Shown here: positions 7,671 through 16,957 of the stretch, in pieces
Numbering within the stretch: the stretch's first letter is position 1
Layout: every line of letters begins with the position of its first letter
Source of the DNA: an uncultured virus (IMG/VR IMGVR_UViG_3300025723_000028)
Taxonomy: Duplodnaviria > Heunggongvirae > Uroviricota > Caudoviricetes
Reading direction: 5' to 3' (one strand)
Length of the DNA stretch: 64,000 nt
Virus record (IMG/VR): IMGVR_UViG_3300025723_000028
Position numbers and translations under genes: made by a program
Notes under the pieces: generated by a model
The model's input: only the letters and a program-made list of their open reading frames with translations
The model's database searches: none
Told to the model about the DNA's origin: nothing

Positions 7671-8324
7671 ATGAAAATAATTTCATTGGATTTACAACAT
7701 GACGCTGATGTGGTAAAAGAAGAAATAGCAAATGATCCCAATGAATGGTTTTGGCCTTATTCAGATGAACATCATATATTTGAACAAGCTCACATGAAAT
7801 TTATAAACAGAAATTTAAATTATTTCAACTTTGCTTCAATGGTAGCACAAACTACCGAGCCTGACGATTTCAATCCTAACCTTCAAAAAACACTAAATTT
7901 TTGTAATAAAATTCGAACATTAACTGGAGATAATGGTCCGTTTGGTCGAATGTGTGTATGGGATTTGCCTTCTCAATCACAATTATTACCCCATACAGAT
8001 AGATACTGGTATCATTTTAATATAATTAGAAATATATTTGTAATCAGCGATAATCCTGAAAATAAATTAAAAATCAATATCAATAATGTTCCAGTCATAT
8101 GCAAAAAAGGAACATTATTTCAATTTAATCCTGCTACTGAATTACATGAATTTATCAATCATAGTAATGGGAATTTTTATTTTTTAGGGTTTGACTTTTG
8201 GAAAGTTGAAAATTTGTCAAGACACCTTTCAATTTTAAATATAATGGAAATTATTAATAATCCATCTCGTCTCAATGGGTTTGGAGCAAATGGTACGCCA
8301 TGCAAATATATATCAAAGCATTAG
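7671..8324 (+). CDS. 2OG-Fe(II)/Asp-Asn beta-hydroxylase-like oxygenase
   Basis: LLPHTD...LHEFIN (HxD...H); AGGA RBS before ATG 7671. Confidence 0.6.
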   Translation: MKIISLDLQHDADVVKEEIANDPNEWFWPYSDEHHIFEQAHMKFINRNLNYFNFASMVAQTTEPDDFNPNLQKTLNFCNKIRTLTGDNGPFGRMCVWDLPSQSQLLPHTDRYWYHFNIIRNIFVISDNPENKLKININNVPVICKKGTLFQFNPATELHEFINHSNGNFYFLGFDFWKVENLSRHLSILNIMEIINNPSRLNGFGANGTPCKYISKH

Positions 8325-8329
8325 ATCAT

Positions 8330-8406
8330 GCGTCTGTAGCTCAACTGGATAGAGTTCTGGTCTTCGAAACCAGCTGTTGGGAGTTCGAATCTCTCCAGAC
8401 GCACCA
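8330..8406 (+). tRNA. tRNA-Arg(TCG)
   Basis: CTGGT-CTTCGAA-ACCAG, full cloverleaf. Confidence 0.9.
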
Positions 8407-8412
8407 AATAAT

Positions 8413-8447
8413 ACCTTTGTAGTTAAATGGTATAACAGCCGCTTGAT
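8413..8447 (+). pseudogene. 5' half of disrupted tRNA-Ile(GAT)
   Basis: ACCTTTG acceptor strand, D-arm, ends at CTTGAT anticodon; partner half at 9192-9219. Confidence 0.75.
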
Positions 8448-8477
8448 CTGACTAAATAATCTCATAGGAGATATTTA

Positions 8478-9122
8478 ATGAAAAGAAATACGACTACTTG
8501 TTCAAAATGTAATAGTGAAGTATCATTATCAAACTATACAAAGCATTTTTTAAGTAAAAAATGTTTGTCTGGTGGTAAACAAATTGCTAACTCATCATTA
8601 TCGTGTATTTATTGTAATGCCGTATTCTTACGTTCTTCTGGACGAGGAGTTCACGAAGTTCAATGTGAATTTAATCCGCAAAGAAGAATTCTAAATCTAG
8701 GGAAAGTTGCATGGAATCTTGGTAATAGAAATACACCTGATATGAGAAACCCAGAGTTTATGGGAAAACGGGGTGGATATCGCCCCAACTCCGGAAGAAG
8801 TAAAAAATTTAGAGTATTAGATTCATTCGGAAAAGAAACTGTGTTACAGAGTACTTACGAATTAAGATGTAGTGAAATATTGAAGGAACTTCAAATAAAA
8901 TGGCTTAGACCAAAAGCACTAAAGTATGACAATAGAAACTATTTTGCTGATTTTTATTTACCAGATTATGATATCTGGTTAGATCCTAAAAATAGTTACA
9001 AAGCAAAACAAGACGAAGAGAAAATAGCAAAAGTAATAGAACAAAATAAAATTAAGTTATACATTCTTTTAGACGAACATCTGACTAAAGATTACATTGC
9101 CCGATTAGCTCAGTTGGTTTAG
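8478..9122 (+). CDS. putative homing endonuclease (Zn fingers plus PD-(D/E)XK-like domain)
   Basis: CxxC/H motifs; QSTYE...YFADFYLPDYDIWLDPK; stop codon lies inside the following tRNA. Confidence 0.7.
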   Translation: MKRNTTTCSKCNSEVSLSNYTKHFLSKKCLSGGKQIANSSLSCIYCNAVFLRSSGRGVHEVQCEFNPQRRILNLGKVAWNLGNRNTPDMRNPEFMGKRGGYRPNSGRSKKFRVLDSFGKETVLQSTYELRCSEILKELQIKWLRPKALKYDNRNYFADFYLPDYDIWLDPKNSYKAKQDEEKIAKVIEQNKIKLYILLDEHLTKDYIARLAQLV

Positions 9123-9177
9123 TAGCGCCATCTTGATAAGGTGGAGGTCCCTGGTTCAAGCCCAGGATCGGGTACCA
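9099..9177 (+). tRNA. tRNA-Ile(GAT)
   Basis: CCAT-CTTGATAA-GGTGG region with GAT anticodon; GCCCGAT/ATCGGGT ACCA. Confidence 0.85.
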
Positions 9178-9191
9178 AAATATATACCATT

Positions 9192-9219
9192 ACAAGTTCA
9201 ATTCTTGTCGAAGGTACCA
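9192..9219 (+). pseudogene. 3' half of disrupted tRNA-Ile
   Basis: ACAAG-TTCAATT-CTTGT T-arm, then CGAAGGT ACCA which pairs with ACCTTTG at 8413. Confidence 0.75.
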
Positions 9220-9241
9220 GTAACGTAGTAAATAGTAACAT

Positions 9242-9316
9242 GGGTCAATAGTGTAATTGGCAACACCGCAGTCTCCAAAACTGCTATTCTAGATTCGAGT
9301 TCTAGTTGGCCCGCCA
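9242..9316 (+). tRNA. tRNA-Trp(CCA), second copy
   Basis: GCAGT-CTCCAAA-ACTGC. Confidence 0.85.
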
Positions 9317-9336
9317 AATTAACCTGAGAGGTCGCA

Positions 9337-9807
9337 ATGAAGTTCAACATACCACAAATTAAAGAGTTTATAGACAGTCAAGGTCCCAACACTAAAATTT
9401 ATATTGGTGTGGATTCGGAACGAGTTAAAAAAGGTACACAATGGTTTGCTGACTATACAGCGGCTATCGTTGTTCACTTAGATGGAAAACATGGTTGCAA
9501 ACTGTTTGGCGAGGTAACTCGTGAAAGAGATTATGATCGAGTTGACAAACCAAATACACGCTTAATGACTGAAGTATTCAAAGTGTCGGAATTATATTTA
9601 AAATTATCTGAAGTATTAGAAGGACGTGAAGTTGAAGTTCATCTTGATCTTAATCCAGATGATGAGTTCAAAAGTTCTAATGTGGTAGCGCAAGCTATTG
9701 GATATATACGAGGTACTTGTAACGTTGAACCACGTGTTAAGCCTTTCGGGTTTGCTGCATCGTATGCTGCCGACAGATTCAGAAGTTTGAAGGCGGTTAA
9801 CGAGTAA
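9337..9807 (+). CDS. RNase H-like YkuK/DUF458 family protein
   Basis: IYIGVDS...EVHLDLN...AASYAADR. Confidence 0.7.
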   Translation: MKFNIPQIKEFIDSQGPNTKIYIGVDSERVKKGTQWFADYTAAIVVHLDGKHGCKLFGEVTRERDYDRVDKPNTRLMTEVFKVSELYLKLSEVLEGREVEVHLDLNPDDEFKSSNVVAQAIGYIRGTCNVEPRVKPFGFAASYAADRFRSLKAVNE

Positions 9808-10034
9808 TGTCACAGGATAATTTAATTTATTCTGGACCAATGTTTAGGGCGATGGCCTGGGGAAGAATGTTTGCTGTATTACCTCATCGCTGCATTAGAA
9901 GCCGCAAGATAATATGGTTTAAATATGCTAGATCAGGTTACCTTATAACTGGTCTAGGACAAGGCGATTCAGTATGGGTGTGGATGACTGAACAAGAGTA
10001 CTTAATACATTGTTTAAAGGCTGGCGATGAGTAA
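9807..10034 (+). CDS. hypothetical protein
   Basis: ORF coupled to its neighbours by overlapping stop/start. Confidence 0.55.
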   Translation: MSQDNLIYSGPMFRAMAWGRMFAVLPHRCIRSRKIIWFKYARSGYLITGLGQGDSVWVWMTEQEYLIHCLKAGDE

Positions 10035-10488
10035 TAGCGCAAAAGGACGTAAAAGTTATGACAGTACTATGGGTAATACCATAGTACCGTTCTTCAATCG
10101 CAATGTAACACCTTATCCAACAGAAGCAGGTGGTCCAAAGTTTGAGTTAATTCCTGTTACTAAACAAAAAGACATTATGATTAATAATGCTCGATTGTTT
10201 GCACAACAAGAGTATGATCGTATTATGGAATTGGTTTCGGTATTAGAACGACAAGCTGCTGATATTAAACGCAGATTGGATATGACTGATTTAATACATA
10301 GTTGTGTATATGATTTTCAATTGACTATGGGTCAGACCTACTGGGTAATAAAAGATACACGCAAAGATACAGTAATATTATCAGGAATGTCACCCACAGA
10401 TTGGACCAGTGGTATTCCAGTAGATTATGAATACTTAATAAAGGTACGTTACATGGGTGATCACTCATGGATGGAATTAAATGAATAA
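10027..10488 (+). CDS. hypothetical protein (DUF2452-like)
   Basis: PYPTEAGGPKF...QQEYDRIMEL...LSPxDW-like pattern. Confidence 0.55.
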   Translation: MSNSAKGRKSYDSTMGNTIVPFFNRNVTPYPTEAGGPKFELIPVTKQKDIMINNARLFAQQEYDRIMELVSVLERQAADIKRRLDMTDLIHSCVYDFQLTMGQTYWVIKDTRKDTVILSGMSPTDWTSGIPVDYEYLIKVRYMGDHSWMELNE

Positions 10489-10489
10489 T

Positions 10490-10520
10490 GCCCCGGTGGT
10501 GTAATGGTAGCCACGTTAAT
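10490..10520 (+). pseudogene. 5' half of disrupted tRNA-Leu
   Basis: GCCCCGG TGGTGTAATGGTAGCCACG; acceptor partner CTGGGGC ACCA at 11122-11132. Confidence 0.7.
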
Positions 10521-10565
10521 TTGTTTTTCAACACGTTTAGCATAAATAAATGCGGAGGCAAAAAT

Positions 10566-11024
10566 ATGTTATTAATTGAAAATTATATTACACAATCTAA
10601 AGAACAAAGGCAACGGCACATAGATTTAACTGATCCATGTATAGAACGAGGTGGTCCACAAAAAGGTGGATTATCAAGTTATTGTAAAGGACTAATGGCA
10701 CATTTATTAGATACTACTATTCCAAGTGGTCATAAAATACATGTGTGCCATGCCTGCAACAATGAAAAATGTAGTAACCCAAAGCATTTGTATTGGGGAA
10801 CTGCACAAGAGAATAGATTAGATCAAGGTCATAATACTTCTCCGTGGGACAGAATGGTTGAGAAATATGGTTACGAAGAAGCCTGCAGGATGAACGCTAA
10901 AGGCAAGAAAGGTAACACCAACGGTTCTGGAAACAAGGATAAGCCTAAGACTGAAGATCAAAAGAAAAAAATCTCCGAGAGCATTAAGTTGCACTGGGAG
11001 AAAAGAAAAGGGCTCGTGGCGTAA
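10566..11024 (+). CDS. HNH homing endonuclease with NUMOD3-like tail
   Basis: VCHACNNEKCSNPKHLYWGTAQEN; KPKTEDQKKKISES; stop codon inside tRNA-Leu. Confidence 0.85.
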   Translation: MLLIENYITQSKEQRQRHIDLTDPCIERGGPQKGGLSSYCKGLMAHLLDTTIPSGHKIHVCHACNNEKCSNPKHLYWGTAQENRLDQGHNTSPWDRMVEKYGYEEACRMNAKGKKGNTNGSGNKDKPKTEDQKKKISESIKLHWEKRKGLVA

Positions 11025-11092
11025 TTGGTAGCCGCACTGGATTTAGGTTCCAGCGAGAAATCGTGAGAGTTCGAGTCTCTCCGAGCCCACCA
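11010..11092 (+). tRNA. tRNA-Leu(TAG)
   Basis: CTGGA-TTTAGGT-TCCAG, variable arm, ACCA. Confidence 0.9.
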
Positions 11093-11097
11093 AACTT

Positions 11098-11132
11098 GCC
11101 CCGATAGAGTTCGAGTCTCTCCTGGGGCACCA
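11098..11132 (+). pseudogene. 3' half / minihelix of disrupted tRNA-Leu
   Basis: AGAG-TTCGAGT-CTCT C CTGGGGC ACCA. Confidence 0.7.
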
Positions 11133-11139
11133 AAACAAA

Positions 11140-11685
11140 ATGATAAACATATTAGAAATCAATGATTTAAGTAATACTAAAATAGTTGACTTGTTAAAGT
11201 TTTCGTTTGAAGAAATTAATGATGACAAAATTATTAAAAATTATCATCCTGATTTCCACAATGAACCTGGAAATATATTTTATATACTTGACCAAGGTAG
11301 ATATCGTAAGGGTTTCGGGAAATATTTTGTGGTTACAATTGATAACAAATATGCATGTAGTGCCGGATGGAATGAATATGAACTTAATAATAATGTAGCA
11401 TTACTATTAACTCGTATGTATGTTGCACCTCAATATCGAAGAAAATATATAATCGGTAATAACATATTACCGCAGTGTATAGCCGAAGCTGATAATTATA
11501 AACATCTGTGGATTACAGCCAATGACTATAATAAATCTATATACACATATTTTGAAAGATCATCACAAAATAAAAGAACAACTTTATTTGATGATTGGCC
11601 AGATATCTACCGTAAATTTACTCCTATAGGTAAAAAAACTGTATACTATACAGAACAGTGGGTAGCTGAGTATAATAAAATTTAA
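11140..11685 (+). CDS. GNAT-like acyltransferase
   Basis: ACSAGW...LLTRMYVAPQYRRK acyl-CoA-binding-like motif. Confidence 0.55.
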   Translation: MINILEINDLSNTKIVDLLKFSFEEINDDKIIKNYHPDFHNEPGNIFYILDQGRYRKGFGKYFVVTIDNKYACSAGWNEYELNNNVALLLTRMYVAPQYRRKYIIGNNILPQCIAEADNYKHLWITANDYNKSIYTYFERSSQNKRTTLFDDWPDIYRKFTPIGKKTVYYTEQWVAEYNKI

Positions 11686-11731
11686 TTCATTGCTACGTAA
11701 TAGTAAATATGTCCATACACTTAAGGTTATT

Positions 11732-11953
11732 ATGACAGAAAAAGAAAAAATTGAATTCTTAGAGAAATCTATGGCAAAGTTATTTAACATAACATTCAAA
11801 CTTAATATGGGAGACAATCTATACGATCTTGGTATTGATTCTCTTGATATTGTTGAATTGCAATTAAATTACGAAGAAACTTTTAATGTTGAACTACCAC
11901 ACACTGATGAGCCAATTGTATATGTATCAGACATTATTAAGTTAATGGTGTAA
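11732..11953 (+). CDS. acyl carrier protein
   Basis: DLGIDSLDIVEL phosphopantetheine-site motif; small and acidic. Confidence 0.85.
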   Translation: MTEKEKIEFLEKSMAKLFNITFKLNMGDNLYDLGIDSLDIVELQLNYEETFNVELPHTDEPIVYVSDIIKLMV

Positions 11954-12885
11954 TGTTCAATTTTACACACAACAATCATTTAAAGTATACCGTCGGCAAT
12001 CGACTATACGGGTTTCGAGAGACACCTTATGAAAAATTTGTTGTTTCATGTGGGACAATTGACCATGACTATTACAAATCTAGCTCGTGGTTACAAGAAC
12101 AATATCGTACTGCTGAATTGGTATATAAAGATTTCGGATCAGATTTTGCGGTTATGTTTAGTGGCGGAACCGACAGTGAAATAGTTATTAGAGCCTTTAA
12201 ACATATAGGTATTACCCCAAGATCCGTTTTTATTAAATTTAAAAATGACTATAATATCAATGATTTAATAGTGGCAACAGAGATTGCCAAGCAATTAGAT
12301 ATTAATCTTGAAATTATTGAATTTGATGTTAAAGACTTTTATCATAGCGGCGCAGCATTTGACTTAGCAGAATCTATACAGTGTCGTCAAATTGCATACT
12401 TGACCGTTTATCATCATATTAATAAATTACAATGTCCTTCTGTCATGGGCGGGGAAATGTTATTACGTCGACATGTAGATACCACCGGCGGGCGTTGGTA
12501 TTATTGCTTTCGAGAAAACGAAGATGCTTCTGCCATGCGATTCAGTAATAAATATAGAATTCCATTAGTCAATGAATGGTTTAGTTATACACCAGAAATG
12601 ATGGCATATTACTTAGAACATCCTGGAATACAACATCTTATTAATACTAGATTTAATTATAAATTATCCAGCGTTAGTAGCAAAAATCAAATTTTAATGC
12701 AGTTAATGCCAGGTATCGTTGACAAACACAAAACACATGGATACGAACAATTGTTAGGATTCAATGGTGAAACTTACAATATGTTATACAAAAGTCATAT
12801 CAAGAGATTAGAATCTAGTTTAGATGGTATATTTGTAGACAAGCTAACAACAATCTTATTTGGAGATGATAATGTCAGTAATTAA
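11953..12885 (+). CDS. PP-loop (adenine nucleotide alpha-hydrolase-like) protein
   Basis: VMFSGGTDSE. Confidence 0.7.
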   Translation: MFNFTHNNHLKYTVGNRLYGFRETPYEKFVVSCGTIDHDYYKSSSWLQEQYRTAELVYKDFGSDFAVMFSGGTDSEIVIRAFKHIGITPRSVFIKFKNDYNINDLIVATEIAKQLDINLEIIEFDVKDFYHSGAAFDLAESIQCRQIAYLTVYHHINKLQCPSVMGGEMLLRRHVDTTGGRWYYCFRENEDASAMRFSNKYRIPLVNEWFSYTPEMMAYYLEHPGIQHLINTRFNYKLSSVSSKNQILMQLMPGIVDKHKTHGYEQLLGFNGETYNMLYKSHIKRLESSLDGIFVDKLTTILFGDDNVSN

Positions 12886-13465
12886 ATTAACTAGTCAGCA
12901 TATTGACCAAATAAAAGGTTTGTTTACTCATAAAAAATATATGGGTAAAGATATTAATGATGATGCGTTTAAATTAGAAAGTGCCAGTATCAATAAAATA
13001 ACATATGATATATTTTGTGCCAACTATTTAAGCGACTTAAATAATTTCCATGCATATGGATATATCGAAAATGATGAGATCAAATCATTGATTTCTTTTT
13101 ACGAAAGTGCAGAAGAACCAGCATGGTACTACACAGTATATCGTAGCAGTGGCAACAATGAATTACTGAGACCTGTGTTAGATAAAGTCATTGAATACAA
13201 TGAATCAAATGGACGACTTAAATTTTATACATTAGTGCATCAACGTCATAGTAAATTATTGAGACGGTTTCATTGGAGCAAATATAACGATGAACGATAC
13301 GGGTATTTCGATGAATACATTGTCCCATCCAAATTTAAATGCTATTATACAAATGCATGGGAATTATTATACAAAAGATTGCTTTTGCCAGAAGATAGTA
13401 TTGTACGCTGCAATTTTTTGAAACAGGAATATAGAACGCAATTACCACAAGGTGGAAATCTATGA
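12872..13465 (+). CDS. hypothetical protein (possibly GNAT-like fold)
   Basis: Coupled ORF; fold call is weak. Confidence 0.55.
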   Translation: MSVIKLTSQHIDQIKGLFTHKKYMGKDINDDAFKLESASINKITYDIFCANYLSDLNNFHAYGYIENDEIKSLISFYESAEEPAWYYTVYRSSGNNELLRPVLDKVIEYNESNGRLKFYTLVHQRHSKLLRRFHWSKYNDERYGYFDEYIVPSKFKCYYTNAWELLYKRLLLPEDSIVRCNFLKQEYRTQLPQGGNL

Positions 13466-14283
13466 ATAAACTATCTAAATATTTAACTACTATATCGAAA
13501 TCATTTTGGTTTCAATGGATACCAAGTGTGTTATTGGGGTTAACAACCATTTTACTATTAGCAGTAGGAGTTATACCTTTATACTATCTTTGCTATACTT
13601 TTATTATGTGGATGTTAGTCTGCGGACTAGGTATAGCTGTAGGCTATCATCGTATATTTTCCCATAAAACACATAATTTACCAACATGGAAAGAAAATAT
13701 CATTTTGTTTTTAGCTACATTTGCAGGACAGGGAGCCAGTATTTTTTGGGTCGCATTACATCGTGGTTACCATCATAGATACAGTGACAAAGAACAAGAT
13801 TTGCATAGTCCAATACATGGTAAATGGAATGCATTTGTCGGATGGGAACACAAAATAACTGAAGCTAACAATCCAATAAATCTCAAATATGCTGTTGATT
13901 TGCTACGCAAATCTAATCACATTTGGTTTCACAAAAATTATCTTAGAATATTATGGGGAGTTCCTGTACTAGTTGCATTATTTGATTGGAAGTTATCATT
14001 GACGGCATTCTGGCTTGTGACATTTGTTGGCACAACACAGGACAATTTAGTTAATTTATTTGGACATGTTAAAACATGTATAAGCTATAGAAATTTTGAA
14101 ACTGATGACAATAGTCAAAATAATTTTATTTTAGGATATCTATGCTGGGGTCAAGGATGGCATAATAACCATCACTATGCCCCAGGAAACTTTGATTTTG
14201 GCACTGAAACTAGCGGTAAATGGTGGGAACTAGATCTGTGCAAGATTTTTTTACCATTATTAGGTAAAAAACGTATTACTTAG
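13462..14283 (+). CDS. membrane fatty-acid desaturase (delta-9-like)
   Basis: His boxes GYHRIFSH, HRGYHH, WHNNHH; hydrophobic segments. Confidence 0.9.
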   Translation: MNKLSKYLTTISKSFWFQWIPSVLLGLTTILLLAVGVIPLYYLCYTFIMWMLVCGLGIAVGYHRIFSHKTHNLPTWKENIILFLATFAGQGASIFWVALHRGYHHRYSDKEQDLHSPIHGKWNAFVGWEHKITEANNPINLKYAVDLLRKSNHIWFHKNYLRILWGVPVLVALFDWKLSLTAFWLVTFVGTTQDNLVNLFGHVKTCISYRNFETDDNSQNNFILGYLCWGQGWHNNHHYAPGNFDFGTETSGKWWELDLCKIFLPLLGKKRIT

Positions 14284-14581
14284 TTACTGAAGTAAATGTA
14301 TCAGTAATTCCAACTGATTTATTATAATCATCGCGTTGTTTAAAATAAGCGATATTCTGTGAATCATTATAGTGTGTATCTGCACTAGCTTGATCTACCC
14401 AAGCAATAACTACAGTAATAGTCAAGTCAGTTGGAGTAACTGTTCTTAAAACAATTTTATGTGTATCTATAAAATCATGTAATAATCTGTTATAAAAATC
14501 TGCGCTAGCTGTAGGGTTGTGTTCATTCCACCATTGCACAGATGTAGATGGTCTTGTAAATACTCTAGTTGTTAATATCAT
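14276..14581 (-). CDS. hypothetical protein
   Basis: GAGGAG RBS and TAAATA upstream. Confidence 0.65.
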   Translation of the reverse strand: MILTTRVFTRPSTSVQWWNEHNPTASADFYNRLLHDFIDTHKIVLRTVTPTDLTITVVIAWVDQASADTHYNDSQNIAYFKQRDDYNKSVGITDTFTSVTK

Positions 14582-14605
14582 AATTATCTCCTCAGATATA
14601 TTTAT

Positions 14606-15289
14606 TTATTGATTGATTTTATTAGCAGGAGTGCTAATACCATTTATTGGCATATAAGTTCTATTTAACAGGGTATGATCATGATCAGTTGGGCCCCAAT
14701 CGCCATCAGGATGGAATGATATAACTATCAACCCAGTATCTTCAGTTACGAATCTATGTACTTCCTGTTCCTCCATACAAAATACAGCTCCAGGAATTAG
14801 ATCATGCTTAGTTGTTGTAGATTCAGCATATCCTTTGCCAAATATAACGATACCTAATCTAAATGATGGATGAGTATGAAATGTTTGATTAATTCCCGGG
14901 GGAAAATGTAATGAACTTAAACTAGGATCGCCCATACGTGGGGGATAGACTAGTAAACTGTCACTGCAATGATCTATATAACATAGACGTCCTCGTGGTT
15001 CGATTGGTCCGCCAAATACATTTTGTCCATTAAATCCGAATTTAACGATACATACTCCTACTCCATCAATAACTATCGTATCACTTGAGTATCTACTGCT
15101 AATCGAAAAGAATTCATTTGGTAATACAGTTTTTGAATCTGAAACTTTCATTGATCCACTAATACAAAATCCGTAGATAGTGGAATTTTTAGGTACAGTA
15201 AATGTTCCATTGGTAATCTTATGGACCTCGCATGGATACATGCTATCAGTTCTGTCTAATACCACATTATCGTTATTACTTATAAACAT
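14606..15289 (-). CDS. cupin-domain protein
   Basis: QTFHTHPS...EVHRF cupin metal motif. Confidence 0.7.
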   Translation of the reverse strand: MFISNNDNVVLDRTDSMYPCEVHKITNGTFTVPKNSTIYGFCISGSMKVSDSKTVLPNEFFSISSRYSSDTIVIDGVGVCIVKFGFNGQNVFGGPIEPRGRLCYIDHCSDSLLVYPPRMGDPSLSSLHFPPGINQTFHTHPSFRLGIVIFGKGYAESTTTKHDLIPGAVFCMEEQEVHRFVTEDTGLIVISFHPDGDWGPTDHDHTLLNRTYMPINGISTPANKINQ

Positions 15290-15317
15290 TGTCTGTTCCT
15301 TTTTATAGTACGGATAT

Positions 15318-15767
15318 TTATATACGTTGTATACTACGATAAAATTCTAAGTTTGCGCCACGTTTTCTTGCCGCACTTAACATTTTTTCGTTGTTAATTG
15401 ATATAACACTACCTATTGTAACGCCCCCGAGATTTTTGATAATTTCAATTAAACATTTGTGGCATATTTGATTTAATCCTTGTCCTCGATATTTCTCATC
15501 AGTAAAACTAAGATTAATCCAACATTCTTGTCTATCTGTTATATAATCATATACTTGCCCTGTTACAACAGTTTTGTCTGAATTCTCTAACCATATAACT
15601 GATGTGTTATTTCTAAATGGTATACCAGGGGTATTAAAATTATTTTCTAGTAGTTCTAAATAACAACTAGTCATTAGTTTAATAGGAGGAACTGATATGC
15701 AATTATCACTGTGCCATACCGTTAAAATTTCATTTTTATGCGTAATTTCTTTCAATAATTTCATCAT
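15318..15767 (-). CDS. GNAT acetyltransferase
   Basis: FTDEKYRGQGLN motif A; N...M motif B. Confidence 0.7.
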   Translation of the reverse strand: MMKLLKEITHKNEILTVWHSDNCISVPPIKLMTSCYLELLENNFNTPGIPFRNNTSVIWLENSDKTVVTGQVYDYITDRQECWINLSFTDEKYRGQGLNQICHKCLIEIIKNLGGVTIGSVISINNEKMLSAARKRGANLEFYRSIQRI

Positions 15768-16957
15768 TATTTGCAAACCATTTTTTTCCATGTATTGATA
15801 ACGTTCATATCATTAGTATATCTATCTAAATTGTTATTATGTATCATAATCATTCCCATAACTGACGGAAAGTTTTTAGTTACTGGAATTATACCAGGAA
15901 ATAAATTATGTCGTTCTTCGTAATAATCAAATGAATCTAATTTTTTAATGTTACTCATGTCTAAATTTTCTATGTATCTTTCAGTATAATTGTTAATACA
16001 TATTTTGTTAAAATCTCCTAATTTCTTATACATCATATTATTTTTATTGTGTGTATTAATGTTTAGGTAGCTTTTCAAACTATCTAATGCCCAATTATTA
16101 TTAGTAACTGCATGTATTGGACCAACTACCGCTCTTCCCTGGCTTCGGAAATTTATCTCAACCAAATGCGGAGTTCCATTTTTAATCTTTACTTGTGTCC
16201 ATGTTAACCCAATTCTAACACCTAGTGCATCTAGGATAGTAACTACATATTCATACAATATTTTCATATAAGGATGAGTACTATCTATTAATTCATTTTC
16301 TTCTCGCCAAGGAAATATGTTATCAACCAAATATTCACCTTTATACACACTAGCCATTGTGCATTTATGTAGTCCCATATAACTAGACATTTCAATACAA
16401 AATTCTTCTCCATCTACATAGTCTTGAACCATATATATAGTGTCAGAATTAACCAAATTACTGATGGTATTAAAATCTGGCTTGATATGGACATCAATAT
16501 TGCCTGCACCATTAACTGGCTTAACTACTAATGTTTGGTTACGGCATTGATCAAGTGTGTCTTGAGTTAACAGAAATTGTGTAGTATCTACAATGCTTTT
16601 AGTCTTTAAATAATTAAGATAGTCAAATTTACTATTTCGATATACTTGTTTATCTGGATCATTACATAATTCTGGAAAAAAATAAGATTGTAATTTATCA
16701 GCCAACGGAAATGCTGCACAATCGCCAACCAAAAAACACTGTACATTGTATTTTTGTAATAAATTAACGGTATCGTCAAAATTACTATGAACTATTTCTT
16801 CGTCTAATAAATGCAATGCACGATTATATCCACTGAGTTTATGATTATCACTTGGCCAAAGTCCAATCAGATAATAATCTTTAAAAAAGTTTTTGATTAT
16901 ATTAATATAACCATATCCAGTATACCTAACAGGATTTACAATAACGATAGATTTCAT
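15767..16957 (-). CDS. ATP-grasp ligase
   Basis: VVKPVNGAGN, VQDYVDGEEF, LVEINFR. Confidence 0.8.
   Translation of the reverse strand: MKSIVIVNPVRYTGYGYINIIKNFFKDYYLIGLWPSDNHKLSGYNRALHLLDEEIVHSNFDDTVNLLQKYNVQCFLVGDCAAFPLADKLQSYFFPELCNDPDKQVYRNSKFDYLNYLKTKSIVDTTQFLLTQDTLDQCRNQTLVVKPVNGAGNIDVHIKPDFNTISNLVNSDTIYMVQDYVDGEEFCIEMSSYMGLHKCTMASVYKGEYLVDNIFPWREENELIDSTHPYMKILYEYVVTILDALGVRIGLTWTQVKIKNGTPHLVEINFRSQGRAVVGPIHAVTNNNWALDSLKSYLNINTHNKNNMMYKKLGDFNKICINNYTERYIENLDMSNIKKLDSFDYYEERHNLFPGIIPVTKNFPSVMGMIMIHNNNLDRYTNDMNVINTWKKMVCK

Noticed and set aside
8447..9192. Group I intron in tRNA-Ile
   Set aside because: No room for a ribozyme core; part of the 3' exon is missing and a replacement tRNA is present
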